This document shows positions 7,691-13,829 of a DNA stretch of 13,829 nucleotides, piece by piece (position 1 is the stretch's first letter; each line of letters starts with the position of its first letter). Source of the stretch: a candidate division WOR-3 bacterium (lineage in GTDB: Bacteria > Hydrothermota > Hydrothermia > JBDRYB01). The notes beneath the pieces were generated by a model. The model ran no database searches, was not told where the DNA came from, and was given only the letters and a program-made list of their open reading frames with translations. Made by a program: the position numbers and the translations under genes. The DNA is taken from the NCBI GenBank assembly GCA_049969615.1, contig JBMFOM010000052.1, forward strand, positions 1 through 13,829, given 5' to 3'.

Positions 7691-8656
7691 CCGGTGCATT
7701 GCTGATTCTTTCCATCATGGTGGAGAATCCCTCCGCGAAGGACACGGTTTCCGTGCTCATTCAGAAGGCGAAGGCCGCTTAGAAGACGTTTGCCTTCAGT
7801 GATGCCCTTCTCTACTATACGCAGGCGGGTTTTGCCCTTGCTGAGGCTTCCCGGCCGGACAGCGGTGCGAAATTGCTTTCCGATTTTGGTGAGAGAGCTA
7901 GCAGGGTTGGCGAGTTTGTGCTTGCGGCAACGGCTTTCAGTGGCGCGGGAATGATAATTGTTCCCTCCGATACACTCAGAGCGATTGAGCTTCTCAAGAG
8001 ATCCGGCGCGCTATATGAGAGGGCTTATCAATATGGGGAGGCCATCTATCCATATATTGATGCATCAGTGCTTCTGTGTGGCCAGGGTAAGCGTTCCGAG
8101 GCCTGTGAAATGTGGAGGGCCTTTGCCCAAAGGGCTGAGGACTCTGGGGATAGCATAAGCGCTGGGACCGGATATGCCTCGGCCGCGGTGAGGCTTGAGG
8201 AAATGGGCAGGCTGGATGAGGCCGCGGCTCTTGAGATAAAGGCCGGGAACCTGTATGAAAAATCCGGCGAGCTCTGGCGTTCCGCGCAGGAATATCAATG
8301 GGCCGCGAAGAAACTGGATACCCTGGGTGAAAAACAGGAGGCCATCGGCTTATACCGCAAGGCGGGAGCCATTTATGCCAAGACCAACCAGACTCTTAGG
8401 TTCTATTTTATCCGCGGATGTCTATGGCAGGGCGGCCGAGCTCCTCATTGAATCAGGCAACAAACAGGAGGTACTCGTTCTTGCCGAGGACATGAGAAGG
8501 GTGGGGGAGGAGGCTGAGTCCACTGGAGAATACTGGTCAGCGGTTTCTCTTTATAAAAAGGCGGGAGATATATTACGGGACGCGGGAAAGAAGAAAGAGT
8601 CCCAATCCCTCTATAAAAAAGCAAAAGAAACCGAAGGCAAAGCCAAGCGACAATGA
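7681..8656 (+). pseudogene. interrupted helical-repeat (TPR/alpha-SNAP-like) exported protein gene
   Basis: Frame opens at 7681/7687 after GGAGG (7671-7675): MEMTGALLILSIMV...KAKAA*KTFAFSDALLYY with in-frame TAG at 7780-7782. It continues into the 7873..8451 ORF (repeats such as AIGLYRKAGAIY), then the repeat pattern moves to the +1 frame near 8395-8401 (GSILSADVYGRAAELL...AVSLYKKAGDIL) up to TGA 8656; about 324 aa if repaired. Confidence 0.7.
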
Positions 8657-8868
8657 GACCGCAAGAATTCAACTCGTGATATGAGGAAACCCCAGAAAAA
8701 TCCCGGTGTCCTTCATCTCCATCCGGGAACCTCATCATAGCTAAGAGATAACCCCAAGGAAAATGCCATTGTCGTTGGATTTTTCAGAGGGCCTCCTCTT
8801 AGGATCCTATTCTCTTGAACAAAGTGCTCTTCCCCCAAACAAGTAAGTTATTACTACTTTATCAGGGG

Positions 8869-8902
8869 TCTCAAATACATGATCCTGCACGAGAAGTGGG
8901 TT
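8869..8902 (+). repeat. left inverted repeat flanking pdxS (overlaps the pdxS promoter)
   Basis: TCTCAAATACATGATC (8869-8884) is the exact reverse complement of 9859-9874; 27/34 identity over 8869-8902 vs 9841-9874. Confidence 0.8.
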
Positions 8903-8908
8903 TATAAT
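8879..8908 (+). promoter_or_regulatory. promoter for pdxS
   Basis: ATGATC (8879-8884), 18 nt, TATAAT (8903-8908); RBS GAGGAG at 8919-8924. Confidence 0.65.
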
Positions 8909-8932
8909 ATAAGCCAACGAGGAGAATAAACC

Positions 8933-9823
8933 ATGGCCGAGAAAAAGAAAAACACCTGGGAGGTTAAGGTTGGCCTCGCGGAGATGTTGAAGGGCGGCGT
9001 CATAATGGATGTGACCACTCCGGACCAGGCCAAAATAGCCGAGGAAGCCGGCGCGGTAGCGGTTATGGCCCTGGAAAGGGTGCCTGCTGACATAAGGAAG
9101 GAGGGTGGCGTGGCCAGGATGGCTGACCCTGAGATAATCCTCAAAATCATGGAATCAGTATCAATCCCCGTGATGGCCAAAGTCAGAATAGGCCACTTTG
9201 CCGAGGCTCAGGTTCTTGAGGCCCTGGGCGTTGATTTCATAGATGAGAGCGAGGTCTTGACCCCAGCTGATGAGGAACACCACATAGACAAACATGTTTT
9301 TGATGTGCCTTTTGTCTGCGGTTGCAGGAACCTGGGTGAAGCGCTGAGACGCATAGGCGAGGGTGCGGCCATGATCAGGACAAAGGGCGAGGCGGGGACC
9401 GGAAATGTCGTGGAGGCGGTCAGGCACATGCGCATGGTTATGAGCGAGATAAAGGCTTTAACGCAGATGAGGCCGGACGAGCTCATGGCCGCGGCAAAGA
9501 AGCTCCAGGCCCCATACGAGCTCGTCAAATATGTACACGAGCACGGAAAACTCCCTGTGCCCAATTTCGCGGCAGGCGGCATAGCGACCCCGGCGGATGC
9601 CTCTCTCATGCGCCAGCTGGGAGCGGAGTCGGTCTTCGTGGGATCGGGAATTTTTAAGTCAGAGAACCCAGCTAAGATGGCAAAGGCCATCGTCATAGCA
9701 ACCACATATTACAATGACCCAAAGAAGGTCGCGGAGGTCTCAAGGGGGCTTGGCTCTGCTATGCCGGGGCTTGATGTGGCGAAGATGAGCGAGGAAGAAC
9801 TGCTTCAGACCAGAGGTTGGTAA
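8933..9823 (+). CDS. pdxS: pyridoxal 5'-phosphate synthase lyase subunit PdxS
   Basis: [79 protein letters not shown]-terminal RGW. Confidence 0.97.
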   Translation: MAEKKKNTWEVKVGLAEMLKGGVIMDVTTPDQAKIAEEAGAVAVMALERVPADIRKEGGVARMADPEIILKIMESVSIPVMAKVRIGHFAEAQVLEALGVDFIDESEVLTPADEEHHIDKHVFDVPFVCGCRNLGEALRRIGEGAAMIRTKGEAGTGNVVEAVRHMRMVMSEIKALTQMRPDELMAAAKKLQAPYELVKYVHEHGKLPVPNFAAGGIATPADASLMRQLGAESVFVGSGIFKSENPAKMAKAIVIATTYYNDPKKVAEVSRGLGSAMPGLDVAKMSEEELLQTRGW

Positions 9824-9840
9824 AGGCTCCGAGCGTTGTT

Positions 9841-9874
9841 AACACATTTCCTTTGCGAGATCATGTATTTGAGA
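9841..9874 (-). repeat. right inverted repeat flanking pdxS
   Basis: GATCATGTATTTGAGA (9859-9874) is the reverse complement of 8869-8884; on - it reads ATGATC, 17 nt, TAACAA (degenerate -10) pointing back into pdxS. Confidence 0.8.
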
Positions 9875-10060
9875 GCACCTAAGAAAACCGAATAGACCCA
9901 AGGTAATGGTTCTAGTTCATTAAGGATCCCAGATTGAGCCGCGGCCGGGTCCCAAAGATAGACTGAGTAATGTTATCTGAGCTGATCCGTTGATAGTCCA
10001 AGGCTTATAGCCTGCCGCAAAATCTGAGTTATTAAAGCCTCAGCCTCACCCCACGCGAGC

Positions 10061-11242
10061 TCACCGGGGGCCTGCCTTGCTTCTCTTTTCCCCCTTTCCT
10101 GGCTTGCCCTTCTCTTTTTCCTTCTTCAGCTTGACCTTCGCACCATCCTTCAGGTTGACAATGACGGACGCCGGTCCGACTATCACCGTGTCCCCTTCTG
10201 CAAGGCCCTCAAGGAGCTCTGCTGTTCCTTCGCCGGTCACGCCCAGCTTCACCGGGGTTTTCTTCGCCCTCCCGGCTTTGTAAAGATAAACCACATCCTG
10301 GCCTTCGTAGCCACCAACAGCAGTCAGGGGAAGAACAAGAACTGAGTCAGCCCTTGATGTTATTATCTCACAAGAGGCGCTCATGCCGGGCAAAAGTCCA
10401 GGTGGGGTCTCCAAAAGGAGTATATCAACCGGATATGTCACGGCTTGCTGGACGCTTGTGGTCAGGGAGCTTGATGTGGGGACACCGCTCCTGGTCTCAA
10501 CCACACCCTTAAAAACCCTGCCTGGGAACGCATCAATCTTTACCCTAACCTCCTGGCCTGGCTTGACTTGAACGACCTCCGTCTCGTCAACATCGGCCTT
10601 TACTATGGCGTTGCTCATGTCCGCGACAACCATTATGACTGAACCAGCTACATTGACCGTTCCGGCTATGACCTGCTCGCCGACCTCCATTTTGACCGCC
10701 ACGACCTCGCCATCAACCGGCGAGGTTATAAATGCCTTTGAATATGTCACCCTTACCTGACTTAGCTGCGCCTTCGCGGCCCTGAGCTGGGCCTCCGCGG
10801 CGCGATAGGCAGACTCAGCCTGTTCAAACTGGCTTTTTGAGACCAATCCCTTTTCAAATAGGGCCTTTGTCCTCTCATAGTCTTCTTTGAGCTTAGCGAG
10901 AGTGGCCTCCTGCGCGGCTATTGAGGCTTGGGCCGCGGTGACCTGTTCCTTATAGACCCTTGGATCAACAACGCACAGGGTGTCCCCTTTCTTTACCTTG
11001 TCTCCCTGACGAACCCTTATGTCAACAACCCTACCCATTATGTCAGAGCCTATGTTGACCTGGTTGACTGCCTCTATCACGCCATCAGCCCGGGCTATCT
11101 GTTCAACTGAACCCCTGGCTATGGGTTCCACCCTAACCTCAGGGACTACTCCCCGTTTCTTCGCTAAGTTAACAATCACAATGAGGAGGACCAGGAGGAT
11201 TATTCCCCCGATGATGGTTATCTTCTTCCAATGCTTTTTCAT
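10061..11242 (-). CDS. efflux transporter periplasmic adaptor (membrane fusion protein, MacA/YknX-like)
   Basis: N-terminal TM anchor; lipoyl half-motifs GRVVDIRVRQGDKVKKGDTL and ITSPVDGEV; coiled hairpin (LFEKGLVSKSQFE); VDETEV, LLPGMSA, GLAEGDTV; ATGA overlap with TolC. Confidence 0.92.
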   Translation of the reverse strand: MKKHWKKITIIGGIILLVLLIVIVNLAKKRGVVPEVRVEPIARGSVEQIARADGVIEAVNQVNIGSDIMGRVVDIRVRQGDKVKKGDTLCVVDPRVYKEQVTAAQASIAAQEATLAKLKEDYERTKALFEKGLVSKSQFEQAESAYRAAEAQLRAAKAQLSQVRVTYSKAFITSPVDGEVVAVKMEVGEQVIAGTVNVAGSVIMVVADMSNAIVKADVDETEVVQVKPGQEVRVKIDAFPGRVFKGVVETRSGVPTSSSLTTSVQQAVTYPVDILLLETPPGLLPGMSASCEIITSRADSVLVLPLTAVGGYEGQDVVYLYKAGRAKKTPVKLGVTGEGTAELLEGLAEGDTVIVGPASVIVNLKDGAKVKLKKEKEKGKPGKGEKRSKAGPR

Positions 11243-12486
11243 TTCATTTCCTCCATGATGCCAAGAGCCAGCTCAAGCCTCCTGGCCGCAAGGAAAAGAT
11301 CGTATTCCGAGGATACCTGCGCGAGCTCGGCGTTGATCAGGGCCTCCTCTGCGTCAGCTATATCGGCCTGGCTCGCCGCACCAAGCTGAAACTGAGCCAG
11401 AGTGAGATCATAAGCCTCTTTCGCGGCCTCATAGGCCGCCCGAGCCATGATCCTGTTGTCAATGGCGTTAGCAAGGTTCCAGTAGGCGTCCTCAACATCC
11501 TTCTGAACAGCCAACGATGAGGCCATTAAAGAATACTCAGCCGACGCGAGCGCGTCGCGCTCTGCCGCGATGGTGAAGGGATACCTGGTGAGGTTAAAGC
11601 TCATTTGCCCGCTTATGCCGGAACTCTTCCTGTAGTCATCGGGGTTAAGGGTCGGGAAATCAGGATCATAATAGCGCCAGTATATGCTAAAATCAACCTC
11701 TGGCAGGAATGTTAGGACCTTATACCAGAAACCCACCCTCGCTGAACCCAGAGTTATCTTCTGTTGGATGTAATCCTGTCTGAGCGAGAGAGCGAGCATT
11801 TTGAGGGAATCAAGCGATCCCGGCGAGGTATCCGGGAGCTCTGTGGGTTCGGAGATCACCAGGGGCCTGCCGGGGGGTATACCCAGGAGCACTAGGAGTC
11901 CAGATTCAGCCGAGACCATGGAGTTTTTCGCGACCGAGAGCTCATATTCCGCCTGGTAAAGGGATGCCTCGGCCCTCCTGAGCTCTGCCAGGCTCGCATC
12001 CTCCAGGTTATAGCGTGCCTCGGTGAGGGTGTATTTTTCCCTTGCCCTCGCGATGGCCTTTTCCCTAACCTCAACGGTCTTCATTGCCTTGAGGAGGCCA
12101 AAATAGGCCTGATCAACCTGATATACGATTTGGATCTTTTGCCTTTCGTAGAGGGCTTTCTGACCACCTGCCTGCGCACGGGCGCTTAGCGCACCATAGA
12201 GCGAGGACGGGCTAAAAATTGGCTGTGAAAGAGACAGCGTCGCGCTATACATCTTCATGGTATCGCCGCCCGGAAGGAATCCATAGCCTCCTAGGTCAGA
12301 ATAACTGCCCTGAATGTTGAGTTGGGGCGCATAGCCCGCCCAGGCTCCTCTGGCGCTCCACGCGGATGAAGATGCTGTTTTGCCCTGAGCGAGAAGGGTT
12401 GGGTTGGACTCAAGGGCCATTCTCTCAGCTGTCCTTAGATCAAGGCGAAGGGTGTCAGTGAGGGCCAGCAGGGAAACAAGGAGCAT
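11239..12486 (-). CDS. TolC-family outer membrane efflux protein
   Basis: LxLxxAxxxALxxNP start, YAPQLNIQGSY, LSLSQPIF, VDQAYFGL, FLPEVD, VEDAYWNL, LELALG; two OEP repeats. Confidence 0.9.
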   Translation of the reverse strand: MLLVSLLALTDTLRLDLRTAERMALESNPTLLAQGKTASSSAWSARGAWAGYAPQLNIQGSYSDLGGYGFLPGGDTMKMYSATLSLSQPIFSPSSLYGALSARAQAGGQKALYERQKIQIVYQVDQAYFGLLKAMKTVEVREKAIARAREKYTLTEARYNLEDASLAELRRAEASLYQAEYELSVAKNSMVSAESGLLVLLGIPPGRPLVISEPTELPDTSPGSLDSLKMLALSLRQDYIQQKITLGSARVGFWYKVLTFLPEVDFSIYWRYYDPDFPTLNPDDYRKSSGISGQMSFNLTRYPFTIAAERDALASAEYSLMASSLAVQKDVEDAYWNLANAIDNRIMARAAYEAAKEAYDLTLAQFQLGAASQADIADAEEALINAELAQVSSEYDLFLAARRLELALGIMEEMK

Positions 12487-12489
12487 AGA

Positions 12490-13179
12490 TCAGCCGCCGA
12501 AGATTATGCCCTTGAGGAGCAGGAGAAGGAACCAGCCGAACCAAAGGCCGAAGATGATTGACCAAGAAAGCACGCGCTTGCCGGTGAGCTCCGAGAAACC
12601 CATTGCCATAAGGACCAGGGACCACAGGGAGAATATGTCCACCGCACCGAAACCCAAAGCAAGCGGCGAACCCAACGGCAGGAAACTCCCCACCGAGAAG
12701 CTAAAGTGGGGATTCCTGAAGAGTGCTCCGCCGGGTATGGCAAGCAAAGCGCCTATGAGGAGGGGAAACTTGCTCCATATCACCACAGAAAGGGTGGGTG
12801 CGATCATCTTTGGGTCTCTGACCAGGACGAAGTATAGAAACAGGCTTTGCAGGAGGAGTCCCAGAAGGGAGTTCTTGAAGGCTCCGACCATATCCGGGGT
12901 AAACTCTCCGAGCGTGTAGGTGAATAGGACCGATATGTCCTGATCCCCGATGAGCTCCCTTACGACATCCTCAAGCGATGTACCGGCCTTCTCGGCCATC
13001 ACCCGAAGGGACTCCATCATAGAGTATTCGTAAACGGTCATCTTGAAGAAAACCACAAAGATAACTGTAAGGCCGAGAAGGAGAATCGCACCGACTATGG
13101 GGACGGTCCAGCTCGGATTCTCTTTTATCCGTCTGAAAGCCTTGCGAGGCAAAGCAAATATCTCGTAGAATAGCTCCAT
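12490..13179 (-). CDS. Yip1-family (YknW-like) membrane protein
   Basis: IFALPRKAFRRIKENPSWTVP, DIFSLWSLVLMAMGFSELTG and about 5 TM segments; start set at ATG 13179 after RBS AAGGAG (13186-13191), because the longer GTG start overlaps the promoter. Confidence 0.8.
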   Translation of the reverse strand: MELFYEIFALPRKAFRRIKENPSWTVPIVGAILLLGLTVIFVVFFKMTVYEYSMMESLRVMAEKAGTSLEDVVRELIGDQDISVLFTYTLGEFTPDMVGAFKNSLLGLLLQSLFLYFVLVRDPKMIAPTLSVVIWSKFPLLIGALLAIPGGALFRNPHFSFSVGSFLPLGSPLALGFGAVDIFSLWSLVLMAMGFSELTGKRVLSWSIIFGLWFGWFLLLLLKGIIFGG

Positions 13180-13203
13180 GCCAGACTCCTTTTTCAGACA
13201 GAT

Positions 13204-13232
13204 ATTATAATTCACCACCTGCGTAGGATCAA
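13204..13232 (-). promoter_or_regulatory. promoter for the Yip1-TolC-MFP operon
   Basis: Minus strand: TTGATC, 17 nt, TATAAT. Confidence 0.75.
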
Positions 13233-13240
13233 ATATTTGT

Positions 13241-13465
13241 GTGTCTCACCCGACACGTCTCAGCCCTCCACGGATTGAAGATGGGGCATTCAGTTCCCCG
13301 TAAGCACCTGTGGCACAAGGGCCTCGTAATCAGGCCGGGGTTCTGAGCGTGAGCAGGAGGGCAAGGTTTATGTTGCTCATCCCACCAGACAGGGATGGCC
13401 TTGCCTGGGGGTTCCTCATAAACAGCGAATGTTAGAAGTGGTTGAAGGTGGGTCGGGTGAGGGAC
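13241..13465. repeat. ~225-bp element with terminal inverted repeats (MITE-like or structured RNA)
   Basis: CTCACCCGAC (13245-13254) / GTCGGGTGAG (13452-13461), a perfect 10-bp IR extendable inward with G-U pairs; internal hairpins GGCAAGG/CCTTGCC and CATCCC/GGGATG. Confidence 0.5.
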
Positions 13466-13473
13466 CCAAAAGC

Positions 13474-13502
13474 TTGTGTCCCTCCGGCGTTGGTGTTATA
13501 AT
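13474..13502 (+). promoter_or_regulatory. promoter for the downstream propeller-repeat gene
   Basis: TTGTGT (13474-13479), 17 nt, TATAAT (13497-13502). Confidence 0.7.
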
Positions 13503-13533
13503 TTCGCCATAACATATAAATGAGTTTTTTGAT

Positions 13534-13829
13534 ATGATGTACTTTCTAACTACAAACATGTTATTGGCGCAGGGCCTCTTCGCGAGGACGTTCGGAGGGA
13601 CGGACCTTGACTATGCCCGCTCCATAACCCAGACCTCCGATGGAGGCTATGCGGTAGCGGGAGAGACATATAGTTTCGGCGCCGGCTGGGAGGATTTCCT
13701 CGTGCTCAAGCTCGCGGGGGACGGCTCTCTTTCCTGGGCCAGGACATTCGGGGGAGCGAGCACTGACCGGGCCTTCTCCATAACCCAGACTTCTGACGGA
13801 GGCTATGCAGTAGCGGGAGAGACAGAGAG
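13534..13829 (+). CDS. secreted beta-propeller repeat protein (5' part, runs off the window)
   Basis: Open frame absent from the ORF track: MMYFLTTNMLLAQGLFARTFGGTDLDYARSITQTSDGGYAVAGETYSFGAGWEDFLVLKLAGDGSLSWARTFGGASTDRAFSITQTSDGGYAVAGETE; (W)ARTFGG...QTSDGGYxVAG propeller blades. Confidence 0.85.
   Translation, partial: MMYFLTTNMLLAQGLFARTFGGTDLDYARSITQTSDGGYAVAGETYSFGAGWEDFLVLKLAGDGSLSWARTFGGASTDRAFSITQTSDGGYAVAGETE
13582..13829 (+). repeat. intragenic tandem repeat, 156-bp (52-aa) period
   Basis: Units start at 13582 and 13738 (ARTFGG); TCCATAACCCAGAC and GGAGGCTATGC-GTAGCGGGAGAGACA are shared at the DNA level. Confidence 0.85.

Noticed and set aside
9907..9960. FIKDPRLSRGR in a stop-riddled + frame, reminiscent of an ISAs1 transposase N-terminus
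   Set aside because: A three-residue motif match amid several stops is not distinguishable from chance
13180..13218. Longer GTG start for the Yip1 gene
   Set aside because: Overlaps the TATAAT box; ATG 13179 has a well-spaced AAGGAG
1..13829. tRNA, rRNA, CRISPR array, integron attC sites, DGR, defence or prophage genes
   Set aside because: No cloverleaf or T-loop signature, regular repeat-spacer array, reverse transcriptase, integrase or nuclease motif was recognised

Overview
Bacterial chromosomal window made mostly of housekeeping genes. The T9SS-like C-terminal domain, TolC and 'QTSDGGY' propeller repeats suggest a diderm FCB-group lineage such as candidate WOR-3 (inference). In order: asnA (+); an Asp-box/BNR sialidase-like secreted protein (-); a (-) operon of MtaD-like amidohydrolase, a multi-TM membrane protein and monofunctional proline dehydrogenase; an IS5-family transposase remnant; a propeller-like hypothetical protein (+); an interrupted SNAP/TPR-like gene with an in-frame TAG and a +1 shift at CTT-AGG; an orphan pdxS flanked by inverted repeats; a (-) Yip1-TolC-MFP efflux operon with no adjacent ABC transporter; a ~225-bp element whose ends pair, lying between divergent promoters; and the start of a beta-propeller repeat protein. 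The most unusual signals are non-coding or translational: a recurring ~38-bp promoter-like motif (AATA-(A/T)TGATC-N17/18-TATAAT), two copies of which bracket pdxS as inverted repeats; near-leaderless starts; ultra-short signal peptides lacking basic residues on exported proteins, including TolC; and TAG codons whose placement is compatible with readthrough. All calls come from manual motif reading; no searches were run.
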